From: an uncultured bacterium
GTDB lineage: Bacteria > Acidobacteriota > HRBIN11 > JAKEFK01
Length of the DNA: 64,000 nucleotides
Assembly (NCBI GenBank): GCA_963777505.1
Contig: CAVZQN010000004.1
Coordinates: 1,824,001-1,888,000 of the forward strand
Direction of reading: 5' to 3'
Within the stretch, counting starts at the first letter, position 1; the number at the start of each line of letters is the position of its first letter. The position numbers and the translations under genes were made by a program. Under the pieces are notes generated by a model, which worked only from the letters and a program-made list of their open reading frames with translations, was not told where the DNA came from and did not search any database. This document shows positions 1-10,100 of this stretch, one piece after another.

Positions 1-263
1 CCTACGGAGGTAATAATTCTTCCTGAGGAAAGTGACTTTTCAATTTGTACGTTGAGTTCGGAATCCAAACGGCAAACAAGATTTTCAAGGTTTTCTACGC
101 GTTCTCTTAATTTGGTTACCTCGCCTGTATCCGTTTTTGTGATCTTTAAGGCTTCCTTTGCCAATTCGGCTTTGTGCCTTAACCATTTGGGAACCAGGAT
201 CCAGGCAGTCACTGCGGCAAAAAAGACGAGCGGGACCAAAACGTCTTCCATACCGCTAATCAT
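1..263 (-). CDS. Partial hypothetical protein with N-terminal TM helix and coiled coil; runs off the left edge
   Basis: Manual translation MISGMEDVLVPLVFFAAVTAWILVPKWLRHKAELAKE...KLRERVENLENLVCRLDSEL...; G-rich RBS upstream; no stop before base 1. Confidence 0.65.
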   Translation of the reverse strand, partial: MISGMEDVLVPLVFFAAVTAWILVPKWLRHKAELAKEALKITKTDTGEVTKLRERVENLENLVCRLDSELNVQIEKSLSSGRIITSV

Positions 264-298
264 AACCAACGTACCCCCGATTTCAAACGACCTTGTTT

Positions 299-434
299 GA
301 ATGCGGAATTCGGAATGCAGAATGCGGAATATGAAATGCGTATTTTTTGTTGACTTCAGTAATTCAAAACAGAATCAAAATCAATTTCTAAAGCTTAATT
401 TATAGCCCGCATTCCGCACTCCGCATTCCGAATT
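299..434. repeat. Inverted pair of heptamer tandem arrays (GAATGCG)n ... (CGCATTC)n
   Basis: About six GAATGCG-like units at 299-340 and about four reverse-complement units at 408-434. Confidence 0.85.
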
Positions 435-523
435 TTGGATGAAAAATGGACATTTTTTGACCTTCCATAATCAACAGTTTATCGTCGACAAGATCGTAGT
501 ATTACAATGGGCTTACGTAACAC

Positions 524-585
524 TTGACAAATAATACGTAAGATGATAATGTTCATTTGACAAATGTAGTACGTAGAAATATGGA
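524..585 (+). promoter_or_regulatory. Tandem sigma70-like promoters with an overlapping BlaI/CopY-type operator
   Basis: Two TTGACA hexamers (~524 and 557), each with a -10-like hexamer 17 bp downstream; GACA-AA-TGTA at 559-568 resembles the TACA-NN-TGTA box. Confidence 0.55.
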
Positions 586-705
586 TCAACTTGCGTACTA
601 CAGGATGGCCGCTCCCCGGTGTTCCGCTCTTGCCGGCGAGCCGCTGGTTGAAGCAACAGATTGGGGGAAACAATACTGATGCTTCAAACGATGGAGCTGG
701 CTTGA

Positions 706-987
706 ATGAACAAGTCTGACCTTGTTTCTGCTGTTGCAAAGAAGGCAAAGATTCCTAAGACAACAGCAAATGCTGCAATTGATGCCGCTTTTAAGGGAAT
801 CCGTGAAGCAATGGCCCGAGGAAAAAGTGTTGTACTCGTTGGCTTTGGTACTTTTGCAGTTTCAAAACGCTCCGCCAGAATGGGAAGAAATCCGCGAACC
901 TTAGAGCCGATGCGGATTCCCGCAAATAAAGTTCCACGGTTTCGCGCGGGTAAAGCTTTAAAATCGGCAGTCAAACGAGGGAAATAA
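706..987 (+). CDS. hup: HU family DNA-binding protein
   Basis: MNKSDLV...GFGTFAV..R.AR.GRNPRT...IPA.KVP.FRAGKALK signature. Confidence 0.97.
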   Translation: MNKSDLVSAVAKKAKIPKTTANAAIDAAFKGIREAMARGKSVVLVGFGTFAVSKRSARMGRNPRTLEPMRIPANKVPRFRAGKALKSAVKRGK

Positions 988-1060
988 GGCAAAGAAAAAC
1001 AACAATCGGCTTTACATACAAAAGGCCCCGCTGGGGAAGCGGGTTATAGGAGGAAGTCAA

Positions 1061-1381
1061 TTGAGGCCAAAAGTCGTCAGGCAGGGGGAAAAACGGTATA
1101 TGCTGACGGATCTTGAGATGAAGTTAATGAACAAGATCTGGGCATCAAAAGGGGAAGTAACCGTGTCCGACGTTCATTATGAGATGTTGAGTGAGCGGAG
1201 AATAGCATATACAACGGTAAAAACAGTCATGGATCGTCTTGTTAACAAAAAGATCTTATCCAGGAGGGATAAACAAGGTACGTACCACTATAAAGCTCTA
1301 GTCGATGCCAAAACAGTTGCTGACTATTGGAAGAAGTATATCCAGGAAAATATAGCGGTACCTACTCAAAAGAAAAAGTAA
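1061..1381 (+). CDS. BlaI/MecI/CopY family transcriptional repressor
   Basis: LTDLEMKLMNKIW...AYTTVKTVMDRLVNKKILSR winged-helix motif; AGGAGG RBS before TTG. Confidence 0.9.
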   Translation: MRPKVVRQGEKRYMLTDLEMKLMNKIWASKGEVTVSDVHYEMLSERRIAYTTVKTVMDRLVNKKILSRRDKQGTYHYKALVDAKTVADYWKKYIQENIAVPTQKKK

Positions 1382-1420
1382 TAACGCCCTTTTCATCAGT
1401 CGAAGAACCTAGCAAGCTTC

Positions 1421-1452
1421 AGCTCCGGAATCCCCTTCCGGAGCTTTTTTTT
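1421..1452 (+). terminator. Rho-independent terminator
   Basis: AGCTCCGGAA-TCCCC-TTCCGGAGCT hairpin followed by a T run. Confidence 0.9.
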
Positions 1453-2127
1453 GTGTTATGAACCGCCAAGGCGCCAAGATCGCCAAGAAAATATTGTTAT
1501 TTTACACATGACGTGGGTAGTTCTGCCTTGAACCAGCACTCTTTCAATTCTTCGCTCAAACCATTTTTTGAAACCCTATATAGTACTGTGATTGACGAGG
1601 AGGGAGACTCAATGGGGTTATTTGAAAAACCGAAACTTCAAATCACAGACCTCGGCAGCAAATTTCCGCGTTCTTGGTTAACGGTATTAGAGAGAGAACA
1701 TTCAAGAGTTATCACAATTCGGTTTGATACTAGCAATTACCGTCACAGAATGGAAATTCTCATCGTGGGGTTTTATGCATTAAAGGTGTCTACCACACGG
1801 ATTTCAGACTCTCAGACACAAGGTTAATTCTGTGGTTGGCTAAATACTTCACTAAAATATTAGAATTTAATTAGTTGATAAGATAATACATTAATGGTAA
1901 GATTAGTGTATCAAAGTTCTAATGTTATAAACCCAACCTGTTGAACTGTCTTCTAATACAGTCCACCGTGAGTTAACTTAAGCGTGGTAGGTATCTTTTT
2001 TGGTTCGAATCGAGGTTATTCCTTGATTCTGAAGAGGTGTTCTGTTTCCAATTGTACGTCCCCACCTCGCCTAAATAACACGTTCAAGGCTCTGCCCTAC
2101 CACTTACTTAATAGAAAGGCAGCGGAA

Positions 2128-2481
2128 ATGGAAAATGTCCAAAGACAAAAACTCGGTTTAAAGAAAGCATATGCTTTTGGAATTGAAAAAGGCCTGAGCA
2201 ATGAAATTAACGAGATTCGAAATATGGAGATACAAATCGAAGAATGGGGACTTACCTACACCTCAGCGCTTCGACGAGGATTTATTGTTGATTTGTTTGA
2301 GCACAAGGGAATCCTCAGTGCGTTTATAAACCAACACTGGCCAGAGGGAGCGACACCTTGGGGTGAAAAAAAGCGTGCCTTCTATCTCGGATTGAAATCT
2401 GACTATGAAGATTTCTTGGCTGGCAACTCGCCTGACCTTTTAACGGAAAGTGAAAAAAACACCAACTTTAATTATCAGTAG
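2128..2481 (+). CDS. Hypothetical protein (possibly a fragment)
   Basis: Open frame MENVQRQKLGLKKAYAF... with protein-like composition; no family recognised. Confidence 0.5.
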   Translation: MENVQRQKLGLKKAYAFGIEKGLSNEINEIRNMEIQIEEWGLTYTSALRRGFIVDLFEHKGILSAFINQHWPEGATPWGEKKRAFYLGLKSDYEDFLAGNSPDLLTESEKNTNFNYQ

Positions 2482-2518
2482 AGGTGCTACAATCGACACA
2501 TCGGGGGGTAGGGACCGA

Positions 2519-3472
2519 ATGCATGCCGAGACAGCCGGTTTAGTCTTGATCATGATGCCGGCATTCAACCGGGAAAGTTTTATCGCAGAAGCGATCGATT
2601 CTGTCCGCAGCCAAACATACCCCAATTGGAAATTAGTGATTGTAGATGATGGTTCAACTGATCAGACCGTCAGCATAGCAAAAGGTCTGGCACAAAAAGA
2701 TGAGCGGATCGAAATTATTGAGCTGAATCATAAAGGCGAATGTCATGCACGGAATACTGCACTCACGCGCGCCGATTCAAAAACAGAATTTGTAGCTTTT
2801 CTAGATAGTGATGATGTTTGGGATTCCGACCTTTTACAAACGCTTATTGAATCGCTTCGGTTGCACGGAAATTATGTTGGCAGTCACGGCATTGCCCGAA
2901 TTGTTGATACAAACGGCAGAGCTTCCTCTTCAGGTAAAGGTGAAACCTGGCCTGGTGTTCGAAAAGGCATCAAAGGATTTTTCCCAAGAAACTGTAAAGC
3001 CAGCAGTCCAACGGATTTCTCGATGCTTGTGTATGGAAATTTCGTTCCGATTGGCGCCACACTCGTTCGTAGGCTGGTATTTGATAAAGTAGGGGCATTC
3101 AATCCGCAAACATTTATCTATGCTGATTGGGAGATGTGGATGCGAATCTCTTCTCTTGGCCCATTCGCTTTTGTTAATAAGACGCTATACAAATACAGGA
3201 TTCATGAGAAAAATACTCCGAAACCAAAAGAAATGATCTTTGCCCAAGAGAAACAATTTTTTGCAAATATTTATAACGGCGCTAATCTTACAAATGACCA
3301 GCGTAAAACTCTGAAAAGAGGTTTTCGTTTTCACCAGCTCCAACATAGCATTACTTATTTCAGATCATCGGTTAAAAAATTGATGCAAGGCAAATTATCA
3401 TCTTCTTCCAAAGAATTTACATTCGCGATTCTGCAAGCTTTATACGCTTGTGCTTTTAGGCCACTCGATTAA
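2519..3472 (+). CDS. Glycosyltransferase family 2
   Basis: IMMPAFN...IVDDGSTD...ARN...FLDSDD...DWEMW motifs; ATG 2519 with RBS preferred over 2450. Confidence 0.92.
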   Translation: MHAETAGLVLIMMPAFNRESFIAEAIDSVRSQTYPNWKLVIVDDGSTDQTVSIAKGLAQKDERIEIIELNHKGECHARNTALTRADSKTEFVAFLDSDDVWDSDLLQTLIESLRLHGNYVGSHGIARIVDTNGRASSSGKGETWPGVRKGIKGFFPRNCKASSPTDFSMLVYGNFVPIGATLVRRLVFDKVGAFNPQTFIYADWEMWMRISSLGPFAFVNKTLYKYRIHEKNTPKPKEMIFAQEKQFFANIYNGANLTNDQRKTLKRGFRFHQLQHSITYFRSSVKKLMQGKLSSSSKEFTFAILQALYACAFRPLD

Positions 3473-3517
3473 TCTCCAATCTTGCCTCGGCGTACTCGGC
3501 GTTAAAAAAAATATTGA

Positions 3518-3567
3518 GCGGACGAGACGTCTGCGGTCCCCGATGCAGGCGAGACGCCTGCGGTCCC
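3518..3567. repeat. Tandem REP-like palindromes GCRGRCGAGACGYCTGCGGTCCC
   Basis: Two ~23-bp GC-rich palindromic copies in tandem. Confidence 0.75.
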
Positions 3568-3646
3568 TTAGAACTTTTTGACATCTATGTCGTATTACGA
3601 TATAGTTGCCCGCGATACAGTGAACGACGACGTATGGAGGATTTGA

Positions 3647-3994
3647 ATGAATGACACGCAAACGCCATTAACGCCTGCAATGTTTCATGTTTTGCTTGCG
3701 CTTGCCGATGGTGACAAGCATGGATACGCAATTTTAAAAGATGTTGAAAAACAAACTGACGGTGAAGTTCAACTGAGCACAGGGACACTTTACGGAATTA
3801 TCAAACGTTTGCTGCTGAACGATCATATTCGTGAAATCAGAAAGCCGTCCGAAAAAAATGACGATCCCAGGCGTCGCTATTACAGGCTTACAGAAGATGG
3901 AAAAGAAGTAACGATTGCAGAAGCAAAGCGTCTTGAAAGACTTGTCGTTCAAGTAAAAAGCAAACGTTTATTCCGATCATTACGCCACGCATAA
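3647..3994 (+). CDS. PadR family transcriptional regulator
   Basis: HVLLALA.GDKHGYAI...GTLYG.IKRL...RRRYYRLT..G. Confidence 0.95.
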   Translation: MNDTQTPLTPAMFHVLLALADGDKHGYAILKDVEKQTDGEVQLSTGTLYGIIKRLLLNDHIREIRKPSEKNDDPRRRYYRLTEDGKEVTIAEAKRLERLVVQVKSKRLFRSLRHA

Positions 3995-4009
3995 AAATGG
4001 AGAAATCAT

Positions 4010-6661
4010 ATGCAGGATTCTAAACAATCTTTCGCTGATCGTTGTTATCGCGCACTGTTGCGCATCCTTCCATTCGACTTTCGTGTTGAATTTGGCGGAG
4101 AGATGGAAGCTGCTTTTCAGGAGCAAAGAAGTGAAGTTGTGCGCGAGCGTGGAATTACCGCGCTTTTCAAGATGTGGTGGCAGACAATCTTAGACATCTT
4201 TCGAATTGCGCCGCGCGAGCACTGGAGCATCCTTTCCATGGATGCCCGTTATGCAATTCGAACAATGCGAAAGAATCCTGCGTTTACACTCGCAGCAATA
4301 TTAATTCTTGGCCTGGGCATTGGCGCCAATACCGCTATTTTCAGCATCGTAAATTCTGTCTTGCTCAAACCGCTTCCATATATAGATGGCGATCGACTTG
4401 TCGTTTTAAGACAGCCCGAAACGAAGCTAGATACTCAAGACGCAGGATTTGCGGTACAGGAAATTCAGGATTACAGGGAACGCAGCAGATCGTTAAGTAA
4501 CGTAGTGGAATATCACAATATGACTTTCACTTTGTTCGGAAAAGGTGCTGCGCATCGCGTCCGTTCAGGAGTCGTATCTCATAATTTCTTTGAAGTATTA
4601 GGTGTTCGTCCACTTCTGGGCAGAACATTTGTAACTTCCGATGAGCGTCATGGAGCGGAGGCCGTTCTGGTTTTGAGTCATGAGTTCTGGCAGCAAATCG
4701 AAGGCGGATCCAAGGACATCATCGGAAAGACATATGAAATGAACGATCGTGTCCACACCGTTATTGGCGTTCTGCCTGCGATTCCACAATATCCTGATGA
4801 AAACGATGTGTACATGCCTTCGACGTCGTGTCCGATGCGTATGAATACGGAAATGATGACCGGACGCAACATGCGAATGGTGAATCTATTTGGACGTCTC
4901 AAAGAAAATGTAACCCTCGATAGCGCTCGATCTGATATTGCTTCCATTGCTAAGCAACTGAAGAAAGAAGATCCGAAATCATATCCGGAAAATGCAGGCA
5001 TCATGACAACAGTTTCATTGTTGCGTGAGGATCTCACGCGCGATGCGCGTCCGCTCCTTTTGTTGCTCTGGGGTGCAGCAGGATTCGTGTTGTTAATTAC
5101 ATGTGCAAATGTTGCAAATTTGATTCTTGCGAAAATGTCACAACGCGAACAGGAGTTAAGGATTCGGACTGCAGTCGGTGCAGGGAACAGCCGGTTGCTG
5201 CGTCAGCTTTTAACGGAGAGTTTCTTTTTAGCATTGTTATCTGCAGGAGTAGGAATTGTTTTTGCGTTTGGCAGTGTTGAATTGATGAAAGATTTTGCCG
5301 GCCAATTAACTTCTCGCGCGCGCGAAATCGCAATTGATCCATGGGTGCTTGCATTCGCGTTACTTTGCGCTGCGGTTACTACAATATTCTTTGGCTCGAT
5401 TTCTGCACTGTATTCGCGTCAGGATCTTGCAGCAGGCTTAAAGGAAGCCGGCCGCACATCATCTGAGAAAAGTGGCAATGTTGTTCGCAAGGTTTTGATC
5501 GCGGTGCAAGTTGCATTCTCATTTGTGTTGCTAATCGGTGCCGGATTGATGGTGCGAAGTTTTGTGAACATCATCCATGTCAATCCAGGGTTTGCCACCG
5601 AAAGCGTGTTTGCGGTGCGGTTGAATTTGAATGGAGCAAATTTCGATGCGCCTGAGCAACGCCAATCATTGGGAGATCGGATCGTTCAAAAATTAATGAC
5701 CATTCATGGTGTAAAGCATGCCGCTGTCGGTTCGAGCTTTCCATTGGATCAGGACAATATGAATTCCGGAGGACGTCCAATCCGCTTTCAAGTTGAAGGC
5801 GATCCGAGGCCTGAAGGTGAATTGCCTCCCGTTACAACAGCACGATCGGCTTCGCCTGATTATTTCAAGACTCTCGAAATTCCGGTGATTATGGGACGAA
5901 CTTTTCTTGAATCGGACACTGAAAAAGCTCCAAAGGTTGTTCTTTTAAATCAGACTGTAGCAAGAAGACGTTTTGGAAATGAAAATCCTGTAGGCAAAAG
6001 GATCACAATCGATGATGGCGAAAATTGGATGACGATCGTTGGAGTGGTTGGCGATGTGAAGGAATTCGGCCTGGAGCGCGAAACACCGTATCAAATTTAT
6101 CGACCTTTCGCGCAAGTTCCAAATCTCGGTAGTGCGCTTCTTCGTGCAAATGGTGAACAGTCTACAATCGTTGAACAGCTTCGACGTGCCTTGCGAGATA
6201 CGGAACCGCTGATGGCTGTTGTACGAGTTGAAACTATGGAACAAGCTCGTGCGAAATCGATCGCTTCACCCCGGACATTAACACGCTTGTTTGGTCTGTT
6301 TGCCGTCCTGGCTCTTGTGATTGCAGTAGTAGGCGTTGGATCGATGCTTGCACTCGGAGTTCGACAGCGCATTCGTGAAATCGGAATCAGAATGGCCTTA
6401 GGAGCAACACCGCGAAATGTACTCGGTTCTGTTATCGCGCAAGGAATGTTACTCGTCGGTGTTGGTTTAGCTGCCGGGTTGGCCGTTGCTTTAATGACAA
6501 CCACAGTTCTGAGTGCGTTATTGTTTCAAGTGAAACCTACACACATTCCAACGTATGTGCTGGGCACAGTGTTGTTATTGATTGCAGCGTTCTTTGCGTG
6601 CTATCTTCCTGCGCGCCGCGCGGCACGAATCGATCCGCAAGTCGCTTTACGCTGCGAATAA
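4010..6661 (+). CDS. Duplicated MacB/FtsX-type ABC permease (acidobacterial ADOP type)
   Basis: LGIGANTAIFS, LLITCANVANL, REIGIRMALGA, PARRAARIDP..ALR.E motifs; follows PadR. Confidence 0.95.
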   Translation: MQDSKQSFADRCYRALLRILPFDFRVEFGGEMEAAFQEQRSEVVRERGITALFKMWWQTILDIFRIAPREHWSILSMDARYAIRTMRKNPAFTLAAILILGLGIGANTAIFSIVNSVLLKPLPYIDGDRLVVLRQPETKLDTQDAGFAVQEIQDYRERSRSLSNVVEYHNMTFTLFGKGAAHRVRSGVVSHNFFEVLGVRPLLGRTFVTSDERHGAEAVLVLSHEFWQQIEGGSKDIIGKTYEMNDRVHTVIGVLPAIPQYPDENDVYMPSTSCPMRMNTEMMTGRNMRMVNLFGRLKENVTLDSARSDIASIAKQLKKEDPKSYPENAGIMTTVSLLREDLTRDARPLLLLLWGAAGFVLLITCANVANLILAKMSQREQELRIRTAVGAGNSRLLRQLLTESFFLALLSAGVGIVFAFGSVELMKDFAGQLTSRAREIAIDPWVLAFALLCAAVTTIFFGSISALYSRQDLAAGLKEAGRTSSEKSGNVVRKVLIAVQVAFSFVLLIGAGLMVRSFVNIIHVNPGFATESVFAVRLNLNGANFDAPEQRQSLGDRIVQKLMTIHGVKHAAVGSSFPLDQDNMNSGGRPIRFQVEGDPRPEGELPPVTTARSASPDYFKTLEIPVIMGRTFLESDTEKAPKVVLLNQTVARRRFGNENPVGKRITIDDGENWMTIVGVVGDVKEFGLERETPYQIYRPFAQVPNLGSALLRANGEQSTIVEQLRRALRDTEPLMAVVRVETMEQARAKSIASPRTLTRLFGLFAVLALVIAVVGVGSMLALGVRQRIREIGIRMALGATPRNVLGSVIAQGMLLVGVGLAAGLAVALMTTTVLSALLFQVKPTHIPTYVLGTVLLLIAAFFACYLPARRAARIDPQVALRCE

Positions 6662-7141
6662 GTTACGTTTCATCAATAGGAAATTTGCATTTTCATATTG
6701 ACAAACTTTTTGGCGCATGATATTTCTATTTTCCGTAATCGTGGTAATGACTCAGGTAATCAGGTTCAAATTCTGCACCTACTAAGCGATTAGAACTAAT
6801 ACCGCCAATACCACCTTATTCAAGTTCAAGAATGTTTTGAGCATCAGGGGGCGATCTAAGGTGCTCTTTCGGGGATTTGAGTTGCTAGGGTGTTCATCTC
6901 CTGCCACTCATTTTGGTAAAGGGTTTGTTCCTTTTGTTTTTTCAAAAGGCGACCTTCAGTCCAGTTGAAGGCTAGCCGCGTTTGTTTCTGGTTGTGTCAA
7001 CGTGAGCGACGTTTCCTGTGGAGGGGAACAGTTGATGCTGGAGACTTCGGGTAGCTATTTCTCGCAATGTAGTTTCTTCACAGTCATAATTTCCTCACTG
7101 TTTTTTCTTTCCCCAATCAACTATACGAACCAGGAGGGTTC

Positions 7142-10100
7142 ATGTCGAAACGACGGGTAACGGGTTTTGCCATATTTGTAATCGTGTTAATCGGAATCGG
7201 CCTTCTTGCCGGTCAGATTGTTAATGCAAAAGAAAAGGGTCGCATCAATAAAATCTTGGGAGTTGGTGGCGATGCAACAGTTTCTGGAACCGTGGTAGAT
7301 GACTCAGGACACGGTTGGCCACTGTATGCCAGGATTGATATTGAAGGATTCGCAGGGAGTCCGGTTTTTACAGATCCTGTGACGGGTCAATATACAGTTA
7401 ATTTAGACTCCACTGTGACCTACACATTGGATGTGACTGCGGTTTCCGGTGGTTATGTAGCGGAAAGCAGAGAAATTACTCCGCCATCCGGAAGCTCAAC
7501 GGAAGATTTTTCGCTTGAAATTGAACAAGCGGCCTGTAATGCTCCTGGTTATTCAATCGGCGGCGGAACGCTCTACGATTTTGATGCTGGGCAGCCTGGT
7601 GATTGGACAATAATCAACAATGAACCATCTCAAACGGTGACATGGCGTTTTGATGATCCATGCGGACGCGGCAATCTTACCGGTGGCGCAAACGGATTCG
7701 CGATTATTGATAGCGATTGCGATGATAGCGATGTAGGAACCGAAGATGCTGAACTGAGATCGCCATCATTTGATTTCAGTGGACAATCGAATGTCTTGCT
7801 TTCCTTTGATACGGACTTTAATTGGTTCTCCGGCGGTTTAGACGAAAAAGGAGATGTCGATGTTAGCACCGATGGCGGCAGCACCTGGGAAAATGTGCTG
7901 CGTTACCAGGGCGGTGATTTCCTTGGACCCCGTCATGAAGCAATTGATATTAGCGCAATTGCCGGTGGTCAAGCGGATGTAATGATTCGCTTCCATTATT
8001 ATGATTCCGATTTTGAATTTTGGTGGCAGGTCGATAACGTAATCATCGGCGATCAATGTAATGTAAATCCTGGTGGTCTACTAGTCGGCAACGTATTCGA
8101 TGAAAATTCAAGCCTTGGTGTAAACGGGGCGACTGTTAGCAGCGACACCGTGCCAACAGATACAACCAGCTCTTTCGCAACACCTGATGATCCAAACGAA
8201 GATGATGGCTTGTATATTCTTTTTTCATCATTAACTGGTGCAAATGACTTTACAGCATCAAAGTCAGGTTATGGATCCGATACCCACACCGTAGCTGTTG
8301 TTGCGGACGCAATTGTTGAACAAGACTTCAGTATGGGTGCAGGGGTCATAGATCCGGATCCAGATTCACTTGAAGCAACTGTTGAATTAGGTTCAACTGA
8401 TTCAGTTACGCTGACGCTCAATAACACAGGTTCAGCTGATGCTGATTTTGAAATTCAAGAAGGAGACGGTCTTCCAACTGGCGATCTCAGAAATGGACGA
8501 GGCGCGCCGTTAGTTCGCATTCCGGGGAATTATTCTCCATTGCGTGCTGGACTTGATCCAAATGTAGCGAAGATTGGGAAACGTGGAATCAAAGAAAAAG
8601 AAAAAAGGCTGCTGGCGATAAGAAGCGCAAAGCAGACGGTTCAAAAAAGAAAAATTCACCGCTCGATCCACCATGGACAGCCGTTGCTGATTATCCAATC
8701 AACATCATGGACAACGCGGTTGTCGCCATCGACGGTTTGGTTTACTCAGTTGGCGGATTCGATGGTGGATCAATTCTTAATTCGGGATATGTCTATGACC
8801 CAGGTAGCGATTCATGGTCTCCGATCACGAGCATGACAGGATTCCGTGAAAAGCCTGTAGGTGTTGTGGTCGATGGATTGCTTTATGCAACAGGCGGTTG
8901 GGATGATTTCGGCATTCCCAACCCAACACTTGAGATTTATGATCCATCATCTGATAGCTGGAGCGCTGGAGCGTCAATTCCAACGCCTTATGCCGCATCG
9001 GCCGGAGTAAATCTGGACGGGCAAATATATGTCATCGGTGGTTGCAGTAGTGGTTCTTGCGGTGTTACCGATGTTCAAGTTTATGACAGTTCAGCCGATT
9101 CATGGTCAACTGCAGCTTCATATCCTGAAGATACTTCCTGGCTTTCCTGCGGAGCAATCAATGGATTGATCTATTGCGCAGGTGGTGTGAGTGATTCAGT
9201 TGGTGATAGCGCTCATACGTATGTTTATGATCCTGCTGGAGACACATGGTCACCTCTGGCTGATATGCCTCAAACACAATGGGGAGCCGGTTTCATTGCT
9301 TCCGGCGGAAAACTCTATGTATCGGGCGGCATTGGTGCCGGAAGTGTAACGAACGCAGGATTTGTTTATGATCCTGAAGCAGACACATGGTCACCAATCG
9401 AAAATTCCAATCAAACAACATACCGCGCGGGAAGTGCTTGCGGATTCTACAGACTCGGCGGCGCATTGGGCTTCTTCGATCCAATCCCTGATGTTGAACT
9501 TTATCCTGGACTCACTGATTGCGATTCAGTTGATGTTCCGTGGTTAAGTGAAGATCCAACCGAAGGTACAGTTCCTCAAGGTGGTAGCGTACCGGTTACG
9601 GTTACATTTGATACAACCGTTCTCAATCAACCGGGCGACTACTTCGCTCATCTCAAAATTAAAGAAAACACTCCAACCGATGTTCCTGATGTCGGTGTCA
9701 CATTGCATGTACCGCTTCCGGCAGGTTGGGGATGGATCGAAGGCACCGTAAACGGATTAGGACGTTGCGATGATCCTACCGGTCCACTTGAAGGTGCAAC
9801 TGTATTTGTTGACACAGCTGGTGTCGATTGGCCGCTGACAACAGACTCGAATGGATTTTATAAAGTAGCATTCCTCGCGTCTGATAGCCCGGTAACAATA
9901 ACAGTGAGTGCGCCCGATTATGTTGGACAAAGTTTACCGGGTGTTCTCATCACAGCTGGTAACACAACTGTTCAGGACTTCACTCTCCGGCTTGATGCAC
10001 CATGCGGAGATAAAACACCAACTTCGTTTGATGTAACGTTAAATGCCGGTGGAACCGCGACTGAGACGTTAACACTAACGAACAATGGCGCAGGTACTTT

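Noticed and set aside
52-300. Plus-strand 82-aa ORF
   Set aside because: Antisense shadow of a better minus-strand gene that has an RBS and TM helix
1513-1827. 104-aa ORF in AT-rich DNA
   Set aside because: No recognisable motif; coding status cannot be supported
2060-2110. Possible integron attC site before the 2128 ORF
   Set aside because: No convincing RYYYAAC/GTTRRRY pairing and no integrase
3647-6661. PadR + duplicated permease as a novel system
   Set aside because: Well-known, highly paralogous pairing in Acidobacteria
6900-7060. Possible c-di-GMP or other riboswitch
   Set aside because: Diagnostic motifs not found by eye
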